A stretch of 64,000 nucleotides of DNA, taken from contig JAEEMP010000045.1 in assembly GCA_016283275.1 (NCBI GenBank), forward strand, positions 3,528-67,527, read 5' to 3'. The notes below the pieces were generated by a model. The model ran no database searches, had not been told where the DNA came from, and worked only from the letters and a program-made list of their open reading frames with translations. The position numbers and the translations under genes are program-made. This document shows positions 1 through 9,278 of the stretch, piece after piece. How positions within the stretch are numbered: the first letter of the stretch is position 1; each line of letters begins with the position of its first letter. Source of the stretch: Lachnospiraceae bacterium (GTDB lineage: Bacteria > Bacillota > Clostridia > Lachnospirales > Lachnospiraceae).

Positions 1-425
1 CTTGCGGCAACAACTCTTTTTGCTCCGAGCTTATACCAGAAATTGAATGTATCGTAATTTGTGTTGTTGGCCTGGGTTGAAACATGAATATCTATCTCGG
101 GACAAATCTCCCGTGCCATCATAAACATACCCGGATCCGCTATGATAAGAGCATCCGGTTTAAGTTCCTTAAGTTCTTTAAAATACTGTCTTGCACCGTC
201 CAGATCGTAATTATGTGCCAGTATATTGGCAGTAACATGAACCTTTGCCCCGTGCTCATGGGCATACAAAATACCCTCGGCCATCTCGTCGGGGCCGAAG
301 TTTTTGGCTTTTGCGCGAAGCCCAAAGGCTTCTCCTCCTATGAATACGGCATCCGCACCGTAATTGACCGCGGTCTTAAGTACATCGAGACTTCCCGCCG
401 GTACCAAAAGTTCAGGTTTTTTCAT
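1..425 (-). CDS. U32 family peptidase-like protein (TrhP/YrrO-type tRNA hydroxylation protein), 5' part; runs off the window
   Basis: Not in ORF track. Reverse strand from ATG at 425 reads MKKPELLVPAGSLDVLKTAVNYGADAVFIGGEAFGLRA...HVSTQAN, the typical U32 N-terminus. It follows a YrrM-type methyltransferase as in the Bacillus yrrLMNO order. Confidence 0.9.
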   Translation of the reverse strand, partial: MKKPELLVPAGSLDVLKTAVNYGADAVFIGGEAFGLRAKAKNFGPDEMAEGILYAHEHGAKVHVTANILAHNYDLDGARQYFKELKELKPDALIIADPGMFMMAREICPEIDIHVSTQANNTNYDTFNFWYKLGAKRVVAA

Positions 426-426
426 T

Positions 427-1068
427 TCATTTCTTTCTGACGCTTACGGTCACCCCGTCACCGACTGGTAATATCACGGTCGTAAGTTCGTCATTATGTG
501 TAAGTTCGTAAAGATAATCCCTCATACGGGCATATATGGTACGGTTTCTTCTTTCAACCGCGTAACGCGATTCCAAGATATCTCCTTCCTGCATGACATT
601 GTCGGAAAGAAGGATCCCTCCGGGATTTAAAAGCCTTAATACATCCGGGAAAAAGTTAATGTATTGGGCCTTTGCCGCATCCATGAAAATAAGATCGTAT
701 CCGGCTGAAAGTTCCTTTAAAATATCCGCCGCGTCTCCTTCAAGAAGGGTGATCCTGTCGCCATAACCCGATTTTTTAAAATTTTCTTTTGCCAAAGGTA
801 TGCGTTTTTCATACTTTTCTATTGTGGTTATTTTTGAATCCTTTGAATTTTCCGCCATCAAAATTGTAGAAAAACCAACGGCTGTGCCGACTTCAAGAAT
901 TTTACAAGGTGCCTTTTCGGCAAGCAGAAACTTTATCAAAGTCTGCATTTCCTTTCTGATTATCGGTACAGCCGTTTCAAGAGAATATTTTTCCAGATCT
1001 TCAAGAAAAGCGGAATTCGGCGACGCAAAAGAATTGATAAAAGCCGCCATACGCTCATCGACTATCAT
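427..1068 (-). CDS. trmR: O-methyltransferase, YrrM/TrmR family
   Basis: SAM motif ILEVGTAVGFS, YDLIFMDAAK, GGILLSDNV, LPVGDG; sits between mltG-like and U32 genes. Confidence 0.8.
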   Translation of the reverse strand: MIVDERMAAFINSFASPNSAFLEDLEKYSLETAVPIIRKEMQTLIKFLLAEKAPCKILEVGTAVGFSTILMAENSKDSKITTIEKYEKRIPLAKENFKKSGYGDRITLLEGDAADILKELSAGYDLIFMDAAKAQYINFFPDVLRLLNPGGILLSDNVMQEGDILESRYAVERRNRTIYARMRDYLYELTHNDELTTVILPVGDGVTVSVRKK

Positions 1069-1074
1069 AAACTT

Positions 1075-1479
1075 TTATTCCTCGTCTTCCTCTTCTTGTG
1101 ACTCCTCTTCCGGGGCACCCATTATCGCCATCATTTCCTCGACCGTCTGTGAAGTATTAAGTACATACATACCGGGTTTTAATGTTTCGTGGTATTCGGA
1201 GAGCATGATCTGTAAATAAGCGAGATTTGCATCCCTTACAAGTCCCTTTTCTTCAAGACTTTCCGCAATGGATTTCTCACTTTTTCCCTCTGTCACCGAA
1301 AAATTGACTTCCCTTCCCGGTGCGGGAGAGACCGGAGCCTCGGTAAATACCCTGTATCCGAAATCATATGCTTCCATGGTCTTTGCATATATGAAATTGA
1401 CCAGCCATACTACCACCACTATCTTAATGGCAAGCGATATTATGGATGTAACTATTTCAGAAATCTGTTTAACCGTCAT
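1075..1479 (-). CDS. Short MltG/YceG-like membrane protein (TM plus N-terminal subdomain only)
   Basis: One TM helix, then IAESLEEKGLV and LKPGMYVLNTSQTVEEMM, which resemble the YceG N-terminal region. 134 aa with an acidic tail; occupies the mltG position. Confidence 0.7.
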   Translation of the reverse strand: MTVKQISEIVTSIISLAIKIVVVVWLVNFIYAKTMEAYDFGYRVFTEAPVSPAPGREVNFSVTEGKSEKSIAESLEEKGLVRDANLAYLQIMLSEYHETLKPGMYVLNTSQTVEEMMAIMGAPEEESQEEEDEE

Positions 1480-1802
1480 AAATCGAAATCCAACCCTTCC
1501 GTAACCATATGGGTAAAGTTTCTTATAAGAGTGCAGACATTGGCTTCTGCCTCGATAAACCTACCCGTTATCTCCAAATTTATAACATCTTCGTACTCAT
1601 TGGTCAATGCATCCATAAGATCAAGAATGTCGTCCCCGTCATATTGCTGCAGGGAAAAGTTCTTGTCGCGCATTTCATTGACTCTTTTATATAGTGCTGG
1701 ATCTTTGGTAAGCTCTGCCAAAGCTTCCTCATATTCTTTGTATTCCACCGTATCCTTTAATGCATTGATAACATTTTGGGCAATGTTGGAAAGATCCGTC
1801 AT
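1476..1802 (-). CDS. YlbF/YmcA (RicF/RicA-like) family regulator
   Basis: Small helical acidic protein (LINALK-like, EYKEY, FIEAE patterns); start moved to ATG 1802 behind GAGGTG RBS. Confidence 0.7.
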   Translation of the reverse strand: MTDLSNIAQNVINALKDTVEYKEYEEALAELTKDPALYKRVNEMRDKNFSLQQYDGDDILDLMDALTNEYEDVINLEITGRFIEAEANVCTLIRNFTHMVTEGLDFDL

Positions 1803-1812
1803 GTCAAACACC

Positions 1813-3489
1813 TCACACATCCATTATTATCGGTAATATCATAGGACGTCTCTTGTATTTCTTCCAGAAGAAATCAGAGAGCGTACTGCTCATAATATTC
1901 TTTAATCTTCCCCAATCCGAAATTCCCTTATCATATGCCGCGGTTACCGCTTCGGTCAGCATATTTCTGGCCTCGGCTATAACCTCCTCGGATTCTTTTA
2001 CATATATGACACCCCGCGTGATAACATTCGGTCCCGAAAGAAGAGAACCCGAATATTCATCAACAACTATGGTGGATATGACTATACCGTCTTCCGCAAG
2101 TCTTAAACGGTCCTTTAAAACCGATGTTCCGACATCTCCGACACCCAGACCGTCCACATACAACGCTCCGGCAGGAGCCTTTCCTGTTATTTCCGCACCG
2201 TTTTCATCCAATTCAAGTATATCACCGGAGCGCAAGATAAAAATATTTTCTTTCGGAATTCCCAATTCACCCGCAAGTTTTGCCTGAGCATAAAGATGCT
2301 TGTACTCTCCGTGAACGGGAACCGAGTACTTAGGCTGCACAAGCGAATAAATAAGCTTTATCTCTTCCCTGCAGGCATGTCCCGAAACATGGGCATCCTG
2401 AAAAATAACATCAGCGCCTTTTAAAAGAAGCTCGTTTATGATCTTTGTGACCGCCTTCTCGTTACCCGGGATCGGATTTGAAGAGAAAACGACCGTATCA
2501 CCCGCCCCGACCGATATCTTCTTATGAGTCCCGAATGCTATTCTCGATAAAGCCGCCATACTCTCGCCCTGGCTTCCGGTAGTGATCAGGACCGTTTTCT
2601 CGGGCGGATAATTCTTGATCTCATCTATGCTTACGAGAGTATTCTCGGGTATGCTTATGCGATGAAGCTCGGTTGCGATATCTATGATGCTTACCATCGA
2701 ACGGCCTTCTACAGCAACCTTTCGACCGTACTTAAATGCGGCATTGATGATCTGCTGTACTCTGTCTACATTCGAGGCAAACGTAGCGATCATTATCCTT
2801 GTATTCCTATGCTCACTAAAGATCGTGTCAAATGTATGCTCAAGCGTTCTTTCCGAAGGAGTAAATCCGGGCCTTTCCGCATTTGTGGAATCGCATAAAA
2901 GTGCAAGAACACCCTTCTTTCCAAGCGATGCAAACCTTTCAAGATCTATGGAATCTCCGTAAACAGGCGTATAGTCAACCTTAAAATCACCCGTATGGAT
3001 CACCGTTCCGGCAGGCGAAAAGATGGCCAAAGCCGCAGCGTCCACTATAGAGTGATTGGTCCTTATAAATTCAACACGAAACTCACCCATGTTGACGGAC
3101 TGTCCAAACTTAATGACTTTTCTTTTGATCCTTTTTAAAAGATCTTCGGTTTCCGATAACTTTTTCTCTATTATGCCCATCGTAAGCTTTGTGGCATAGA
3201 TCGGAACGTTTACCTCCCTAAGCACATAGGGAAGTCCTCCGATATGATCTTCGTGACCGTGCGTTATCACAAAGCCCTTCACGCGGTCGATATTTTCTTT
3301 TAAATATGTTACATCGGGGATCACAAGGTCTATTCCCAGCATATCGCCTTCGGGAAATGCAAGACCGCAATCCACCACAATTATACTGTCCCCGTACTCG
3401 AAGGCAGTAATGTTCATTCCGATTTGCTCAAGGCCGCCCAAGGGTATTATCTTAAGCTTCCCGGCATTATTTTTCGTCTCGTTATTCAA
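1813..3489 (-). CDS. rnj: Ribonuclease J
   Basis: IIPLGGLEQIGMN, THGHEDHIGG metallo-beta-lactamase motif, HTGDFK, HVSGHA, PVHGEY, RRPMILPII. TTG start with AGGAG RBS. Confidence 0.97.
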   Translation of the reverse strand: MNNETKNNAGKLKIIPLGGLEQIGMNITAFEYGDSIIVVDCGLAFPEGDMLGIDLVIPDVTYLKENIDRVKGFVITHGHEDHIGGLPYVLREVNVPIYATKLTMGIIEKKLSETEDLLKRIKRKVIKFGQSVNMGEFRVEFIRTNHSIVDAAALAIFSPAGTVIHTGDFKVDYTPVYGDSIDLERFASLGKKGVLALLCDSTNAERPGFTPSERTLEHTFDTIFSEHRNTRIMIATFASNVDRVQQIINAAFKYGRKVAVEGRSMVSIIDIATELHRISIPENTLVSIDEIKNYPPEKTVLITTGSQGESMAALSRIAFGTHKKISVGAGDTVVFSSNPIPGNEKAVTKIINELLLKGADVIFQDAHVSGHACREEIKLIYSLVQPKYSVPVHGEYKHLYAQAKLAGELGIPKENIFILRSGDILELDENGAEITGKAPAGALYVDGLGVGDVGTSVLKDRLRLAEDGIVISTIVVDEYSGSLLSGPNVITRGVIYVKESEEVIAEARNMLTEAVTAAYDKGISDWGRLKNIMSSTLSDFFWKKYKRRPMILPIIMDV

Positions 3490-3508
3490 TTAAAACTCCT
3501 ATCCGTTA

Positions 3509-3766
3509 CTATTCTACGATGTCGATATCATCAAGGAGACTTTTGAACACCTGGCCCACTGCCTCAAGCTCCGTCTCGTCGTCTACGATCTCATAAACCC
3601 CTTCCGTATCCTGAGTCTTCGACAGATCTTTAAGCACATACGCCTCGCCGTCTTCGTCTTCGCTGTCTGTTACCAACATATAATCAACACCACCCAAAGT
3701 GGTCTTTTCCAACACATAAAATTCTATCTTATCGCCTTCATTACCGGTAAGAACTATAGTCTCCAT
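3509..3766 (-). CDS. DUF1292 domain protein
   Basis: Small acidic protein (YMLVTDSEDEDGEAYVLK, YEIVDDETELEAV) in the conserved ireB-ruvX-DUF1292 trio. Confidence 0.85.
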   Translation of the reverse strand: METIVLTGNEGDKIEFYVLEKTTLGGVDYMLVTDSEDEDGEAYVLKDLSKTQDTEGVYEIVDDETELEAVGQVFKSLLDDIDIVE

Positions 3767-4189
3767 TCACTTTCTCCCGTATTCCATATATCCCTCGAGG
3801 ATCAACTGTGCGGCGATCATGTCCACATATTCCTTGCGATCTGCCTTTTTTATCCCCGCTTCATCCATTATCTCATCGGCTTCGACTGTTGTAAGCCGTT
3901 CATTCCACATCGTAACCTTAAGTCCGGTACGCCTCTCAAGCATATCTTTAAATTCTCTTGAAAGTCTTGCGCGTTCCCCTTCCGTATCGTCCATATTAAG
4001 CGGAAGACCCAGCACGATCTCGGTAACCTCGTATTCGGTGATCAATTCTTCTATGCGTGCAAGTGTCTTTCTTAATTTATTCTCTTCCTTACGTCTTATG
4101 ATCTCGACGCCTTGCGCTGTCATAAGTAAAGGGTCGCTCACCGCAACCCCTACTGTTTTTGATCCGAAATCAAGCCCCAAAATGCGCAT
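3767..4189 (-). CDS. ruvX: YqgF/RuvX family nuclease (pre-16S rRNA processing / Holliday junction resolvase-like)
   Basis: [40 protein letters not shown]; ATG overlaps the ireB stop (TAATG). Confidence 0.92.
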   Translation of the reverse strand: MRILGLDFGSKTVGVAVSDPLLMTAQGVEIIRRKEENKLRKTLARIEELITEYEVTEIVLGLPLNMDDTEGERARLSREFKDMLERRTGLKVTMWNERLTTVEADEIMDEAGIKKADRKEYVDMIAAQLILEGYMEYGRK

Positions 4190-4458
4190 TAATTTTTGTC
4201 CCAACCCTTACTCTTAACATAAGATGAAATAAGTTCTTCTATGATCTCGTCACGTTCAAGACGCCTTACAAGCTTTCTTGCGTCATTATAAGAAGTAATA
4301 TATGTGGGATCGTCGGAAACCAGATATCCCGTTATCTGATTAACAGCATCGTATCCCTTCTCTTTATTGGCCTTGTAGACGATCTCAAGGATATCGTCCA
4401 CACTCATGGGCTTGTCCTGTACTACCTTCAATACCTGTGTTGCACCTAAATCTGCCAT
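4189..4458 (-). CDS. ireB: IreB/ReoM (UPF0297) regulatory phosphoprotein
   Basis: [29 protein letters not shown]...RDEIIEEL signature. Confidence 0.9.
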   Translation of the reverse strand: MADLGATQVLKVVQDKPMSVDDILEIVYKANKEKGYDAVNQITGYLVSDDPTYITSYNDARKLVRRLERDEIIEELISSYVKSKGWDKN

Positions 4459-4507
4459 ATCGGCCTCCTGTATATTTAATAACCCTCAAACATCTTTTAC
4501 TTAAACA

Positions 4508-4536
4508 ATATTATCTTAATATCCGCATAAATTCAA
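4508..4536 (-). promoter_or_regulatory. Putative sigma-A promoter for the ireB operon
   Basis: Minus strand TTGAAT-N17-TAATAT upstream of ireB. Confidence 0.5.
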
Positions 4537-4609
4537 GTTACGCCCCGATTCTTAACCTATTATTAATGAAATCACCCGCGCAAATTAAGGATCTTTAAGG
4601 CGTTTCACT

Positions 4610-5986
4610 TTATAAGGTACCGATCAGGATCTCATCGGTCAGGAAAGATGAAAGAGTGACATCCCGGATCTCATTTTCAAGAGGCGCATCCGTCAGGACT
4701 GCGGTCTTTATGTATTCGGGAGTATGACCCACCATATAACTCTTTCCGCAGATCAAAACTCTTTCTTCAAAAAGGACCGGACGGCTTTTGCCTATGTATC
4801 TTTGCCTGAAATCCTTGGAAAGCTCGTCACGAAGCGCGATAAGCATGTGGCTTCTTTGTTCTTTTATCTCATCCTTTACCTGGTCGGGAAGTTTCTCGGC
4901 TGCAGTGCCCTTTCGCTTTGAGTACTTAAAGACATGCATTTCATAAAAAGAAACATCTTTGGCAAAAGAAAAACTTTCCTTAAATTCTTCTTCGGTCTCA
5001 CCCGGAAAGCCTGCGATCATATCGGTCGTGATCGCCGGGTCGTCAAAGTATTTTCTTAATCGTTTAACGCCTTCCATAAACTCTTCCGCAGTATATTTTC
5101 TGTTCATGCGTTTAAGTGTGGCATCGGAACCGGACTGAAGAGACAGATGAAAATGAGGACAGAGCTTGCCGACCTTTGATATCCGGCTCACAAACTCCTC
5201 TGTCATGATCCTCGGTTCCAGAGAACTTAAACGAATGCGCTTAACTCCGTCGATATTATCTATTTCGTTTAAAAGACCGATCAGATATTCATTGGTCCAT
5301 TCCCGTCCCATTGTATTAAATTCGGCTTTTCTGCCGTTATTGACTATTCTGTCTAAACCGTACGAACTTACATGAATGCCCGTCAGTACAAATTCACGAT
5401 ATCCCTTGCCGGCCAGTCCTTTTATCTCTTCAAGGATATCCGCCTCGTCACGGCTTCTCGCTCTTCCGCGGGCATAGGGGATCAGGCAGTACGAACAGAA
5501 CTGGTCGCATCCGTCCTGGATCTTGATATATGCCCGTGTGCGCTCGGCAGTATCGGTAAGGAACATCGATTCATACTCAGATGTTTTGTTAATATCGATG
5601 ATACCGGCATGAGTATCTTGCCTGTTATTCTTTAAATACTCGTTTAAAATGTTTATGATATCGGCCTTTTTGTTGTTTCCGATCGCAATATCGATCGATT
5701 CGTCTTTTAAAACCTTTTCTCCTGCAGTCTGAACATAACAGCCTACGGCAATTACAACAGCTTCCGGATTCAGTTTTTTTGCCCTATGTAACATCTGACG
5801 GCTTTTTCGATCCGCAATATTTGTTACGGTACACGTATTTATTACAAAAACGTCCGCTTTTTGAGTAAATGGCACAACGCGGAAACCGTTTTCCGTGAAT
5901 TTTTGTTGCATTATGTCGGTTTCGTAATCGTTAACTTTACAGCCTAAGTTATGAAATGCCACAGTTTTCATTTTTTTCTCTTTCAT
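4610..5986 (-). CDS. mtaB: tRNA ms2t6A methylthiotransferase MtaB
   Basis: FHNLGCKVN, INTCTVT, AVGCY N-terminal cluster Cys; KIQDGCDQFCSYC radical SAM motif; HFHLSLQSG, IAGFPGETEE. Confidence 0.93.
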   Translation of the reverse strand: MKEKKMKTVAFHNLGCKVNDYETDIMQQKFTENGFRVVPFTQKADVFVINTCTVTNIADRKSRQMLHRAKKLNPEAVVIAVGCYVQTAGEKVLKDESIDIAIGNNKKADIINILNEYLKNNRQDTHAGIIDINKTSEYESMFLTDTAERTRAYIKIQDGCDQFCSYCLIPYARGRARSRDEADILEEIKGLAGKGYREFVLTGIHVSSYGLDRIVNNGRKAEFNTMGREWTNEYLIGLLNEIDNIDGVKRIRLSSLEPRIMTEEFVSRISKVGKLCPHFHLSLQSGSDATLKRMNRKYTAEEFMEGVKRLRKYFDDPAITTDMIAGFPGETEEEFKESFSFAKDVSFYEMHVFKYSKRKGTAAEKLPDQVKDEIKEQRSHMLIALRDELSKDFRQRYIGKSRPVLFEERVLICGKSYMVGHTPEYIKTAVLTDAPLENEIRDVTLSSFLTDEILIGTL

Positions 5987-6005
5987 TTTTGTTAATTTTT
6001 TATCA

Positions 6006-6034
6006 TTGACAAAAGAAAAGGTTTTCCTTATGAT
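6006..6034 (+). promoter_or_regulatory. Sigma-A promoter for the HPr-like gene, with an imperfect palindrome GAAAAGGTTTTC in the spacer
   Basis: TTGACA(6006-6011)-N17-TATGAT(6029-6034); AGGAGG RBS before ATG 6086. Confidence 0.7.
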
Positions 6035-6085
6035 GAAGGCGAAGGTTGAAGTTTAAAGGATTCACAAATCAGGAGGTACAATAAT

Positions 6086-6316
6086 ATGAAAACAGTACAG
6101 ATTTCTTTAAATTCCATCGACAAGGTAAAATCTTTCGTAAACGATATTACCAAATTTGATTATGACTTTGATCTTGTATCAGGCAGATACGTAATCGACG
6201 CAAAGTCCATTATGGGTATCTTCAGTCTTGATCTTTCCAAGCCTATCGACTTAAACATCCATGCCGAAGGCAATGCAGAAGAGGTTCTTGAAGTACTCAA
6301 GCCTTACATGATGTAA
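6086..6316 (+). CDS. HPr-family protein lacking the His15 motif
   Basis: IDAKSIMGIFSL (Ser46 regulatory motif) present; no GLHARP/His15 at the N-terminus. Confidence 0.85.
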   Translation: MKTVQISLNSIDKVKSFVNDITKFDYDFDLVSGRYVIDAKSIMGIFSLDLSKPIDLNIHAEGNAEEVLEVLKPYMM

Positions 6317-6330
6317 TGCGATATATTTCA

Positions 6331-6354
6331 CCCGGCAGCCCTAAGGCTGCCGGG
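6331..6354. terminator. GC-rich hairpin between convergent HPr-like and thiI genes
   Basis: CCCGGCAGCC-CTAA-GGCTGCCGGG, a perfect 10-bp stem. Confidence 0.6.
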
Positions 6355-6409
6355 ATGAATAAAAGAAACTATTAACAATTTGATCAACTTCAACCGAAAA
6401 GTACTTTGG

Positions 6410-6442
6410 GAACTGAAAATTAAATTTTTCAGTTCTTTTTTT
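6410..6442 (+). terminator. Rho-independent terminator
   Basis: GAACTGAAAA...TTTTCAGTTC stem followed by a T run. Confidence 0.55.
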
Positions 6443-7628
6443 ATTCGGTATCTGTCGCTATTATCAGTTCTTTTGTATCCATTGCTCTTTTGATCATATC
6501 GTCGATAGTATCGGCAAGTACCTGCTCGTGTTTCTTGATAACGTTTAAATTGGGCTTTGTGACGGGATGCTTGGCCACAAAGATCGTACAGCAGTCCTCA
6601 AACGGGAGGATACTTGTCTCATAGGTATCTATCTTCTTTGAGATATTCACTATATCTTCTTTATCAAAAGCGATAAGCGGTCTGAACACGGGAAGCGTAC
6701 ATACCTCATTGGTGACCGCAAGCGACTGGGTGGTCTGGCTTGCGACCTGACCGATGGACTCGCCGGTAATAAGGCAATTGCACTCGGTTTCTTTTGCTAT
6801 CATCTCCGCTATTCTCATCATATATCTTCGCATGATGATGGTAAGCTCATCATGCGGACAGTTTTCGTATATTGCAAGCTGGATTTCCGTAAAGTTCACC
6901 ACATGAAGATAGATCGGTCCCGTATACTTTGAAACCTTTTTGGCAAGATCCACAACCTTCTGTTTGGCTCTTTCGCTCGTATATGGCGGAGCGTGGAAAT
7001 AAACCGCATCGATCTTAAGGCCTCTTTTTGCGACCATCCAGCCCGATACGGGAGAATCGATACCTCCCGAAAGAAGAAGCATTCCTTTTCCGTTTGTACC
7101 GACAGGCATACCGCCGGGACCGGGTATCATCTCGGAATACAAATATATCCTGTCTCTTACTTCGACCGTAAGCACTATCTCGGGATTGTGCACATCCACG
7201 GAAAGTTCGGGAAAAGCGTCCAAAAGTGCCGCGCCGACCTCGGCATTCAATTCCATTGAATCAAGCGGATAGCTTTTATTGGAACGGCGCGAGAAGACCT
7301 TGAAGGTCTTTTTCTTGTCGGGATAAACCTTGTCAAAATAATCGATACAAGCCTTGTAGAGTTCTTCGGGCTCACAGACGGGAACCCTCACGATGGGGCA
7401 GATTCCCCAGACACCGAACACGCATGAAAGTTTTTCAAGAACGTCGTCATAATCAAAATCGGTCTCCGCATCAAGATATATCCTGCCGGGAGTCTTCGTG
7501 ATCACAAATTCGCCATCGCACTTTTTGAGTGCGTACTTGATCTGTCTTATGAGGGCATCCTCAAAAAGATATCTGTTTTTTCCCTTAATGCCTATTTCGG
7601 CATACTTGATCATAAAAGATGTAAACAT
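6441..7628 (-). CDS. thiI: tRNA 4-thiouridine synthase ThiI
   Basis: IKYAEIGIKGKNR, THUMP domain, PP-loop LLLSGGIDSPV, TGESIGQVASQT, EDCCTIF; start set at ATG 7628. Confidence 0.95.
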   Translation of the reverse strand: MFTSFMIKYAEIGIKGKNRYLFEDALIRQIKYALKKCDGEFVITKTPGRIYLDAETDFDYDDVLEKLSCVFGVWGICPIVRVPVCEPEELYKACIDYFDKVYPDKKKTFKVFSRRSNKSYPLDSMELNAEVGAALLDAFPELSVDVHNPEIVLTVEVRDRIYLYSEMIPGPGGMPVGTNGKGMLLLSGGIDSPVSGWMVAKRGLKIDAVYFHAPPYTSERAKQKVVDLAKKVSKYTGPIYLHVVNFTEIQLAIYENCPHDELTIIMRRYMMRIAEMIAKETECNCLITGESIGQVASQTTQSLAVTNEVCTLPVFRPLIAFDKEDIVNISKKIDTYETSILPFEDCCTIFVAKHPVTKPNLNVIKKHEQVLADTIDDMIKRAMDTKELIIATDTE

Positions 7629-7648
7629 ATTTTTCCTACTTTCCAATA

Positions 7649-9256
7649 TCACCGTTTATACCAGAGTTCACATTCCGAAAACTCAATAGACTCAAAACCT
7701 CTTTCGCTCAACTCTTCCTTATATTCTTCATATTTTCCGTAAGCGGTGACGTAATTGCAATCGTCTTCTATCTCGGGAAGCGCCCCGAAGTGGTACTTTC
7801 CGATCACTCCAGCCGTATTGTATGTAAAATTTACGGGATCTTCCACAACATTAGGCGAAGCTCCGCTTTCGAGAAGATAATATATCGCCGCCTCCCCGGT
7901 ATAAGTCTCCTTCGTTGAAAGGACCGGGTCGCTTTCTATATATTCAAAGGCATCATAGACCGCATTACCGAAATATACCTGAGGATAGGTGTCCTTCGTG
8001 TATTCTCCGTAATAATAAGCGAAAAATCCAAAAGCATCAATAGCATAAAGTATAACCGTTACCGCCGGGATCACCGGTATAATAAATTTTTCGATCCTTA
8101 AGTTCTTATAAAAGATCTTCTTTATCAGTAAAACAACACCCTCGCAGGCGCTTACCGTCATGAATACCGCCGAGAAAAAGATCGCGTTTGCGGTATACGT
8201 AGCCACCGAAATTAAGTTTTCGAGTATAAATACAGAAACAAACCAAAGAAGTACGATGCTGCACGCACTGTATTTTCTTTTAACGTTTCCGTATATCAAT
8301 CTTATGATCTCTCTTAATAATCCGATCGGTATAAGATATATGCTCCATCTGTACAGATTGGGAAACCCCGGGATCGAATCAAACAAAAGATCGTCGCCTT
8401 TTAAAAACACTTCCAAAAAATAATTAAATTTTAAAAGATACGGCTTTTCAAATTCCCCGCCACGGTATCTTATAAGCTTTGTAAGCGTAAATATGCCGAG
8501 TTTTTTCTCGGGAAGATCCATCATATTGATAAGCTGGATCAGGATAAGCGGAAAAGCCAGTATAAAAAGCGGAACGGCCATTACAAGCCATCCCTTGAGG
8601 TTAAACTTATTCGTGCGAAGTGTATATAAAAACATAAACAAAAGAAAGATCGGAAGGATGATATAAGAAAGCGCATATGTATATAAGACAAGTCCGCCGA
8701 TAACACCCAAAAGTGCATACATCCAAAGTCCCGGTTTTTCTTTTTCAAGGATCAATGCAAAGATATCAAGAAAGATAACCGACATCCCAAGCATCAGATT
8801 ACAATCAAGTCCGATCCTTGAAGCCAGCACAAAATATGGACAGATGACCACCAAAAAACCGGAAAGTATGCCGTAAAACTTATCTTTTCCGAAACACCTG
8901 TCCGTCAGATCTACACCGAATATAAACGTAAATACCGAAAAAATCACAGAAGGCAGACGCAAAAGAAATTTACTGTATCCGAAAATCTTAAAAAGAAAAG
9001 CACAGATAAATGCATATAAACTGCTCTGCCCGGGACCGTAGTTGGTAAGATATAAAGGCCAAGACTTAGAATACCTGTCCGTACCGTACTCGGCAAGGCA
9101 TCTTGCATCATATCCGGCTCCCGCTTCGTCCATATGATATCCGAACGGAAGGATCGTGATATCATAAATTCTTGTAAACAAAAGAACCGCAAAAAGTATG
9201 GCCAATGCGGTTGTTTTTATTATCATTATGCGGTTTTCACGGGAATTACTTTCCAT
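7649..9256 (-). CDS. Polytopic membrane glycosyltransferase, GT-C fold (ArnT/PMT_2-like)
   Basis: Many TM helices; first-loop HMDEAGAGYDA acidic motif; LLRLPSVIFS; ICPYFVLASR; start at ATG 9256 behind GGAGGG. Confidence 0.7.
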   Translation of the reverse strand: MESNSRENRIMIIKTTALAILFAVLLFTRIYDITILPFGYHMDEAGAGYDARCLAEYGTDRYSKSWPLYLTNYGPGQSSLYAFICAFLFKIFGYSKFLLRLPSVIFSVFTFIFGVDLTDRCFGKDKFYGILSGFLVVICPYFVLASRIGLDCNLMLGMSVIFLDIFALILEKEKPGLWMYALLGVIGGLVLYTYALSYIILPIFLLFMFLYTLRTNKFNLKGWLVMAVPLFILAFPLILIQLINMMDLPEKKLGIFTLTKLIRYRGGEFEKPYLLKFNYFLEVFLKGDDLLFDSIPGFPNLYRWSIYLIPIGLLREIIRLIYGNVKRKYSACSIVLLWFVSVFILENLISVATYTANAIFFSAVFMTVSACEGVVLLIKKIFYKNLRIEKFIIPVIPAVTVILYAIDAFGFFAYYYGEYTKDTYPQVYFGNAVYDAFEYIESDPVLSTKETYTGEAAIYYLLESGASPNVVEDPVNFTYNTAGVIGKYHFGALPEIEDDCNYVTAYGKYEEYKEELSERGFESIEFSECELWYKR

Positions 9257-9278
9257 ACACCCTCCGCTGTCAAAGTCC

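Noticed and set aside
84-440. 118-aa plus-strand ORF
   Set aside because: Shadow of the minus-strand U32 gene, which has clear family motifs.
4610-5986. Second radical SAM gene as a novel enzyme
   Set aside because: Standard MtaB methylthiotransferase in its usual context.
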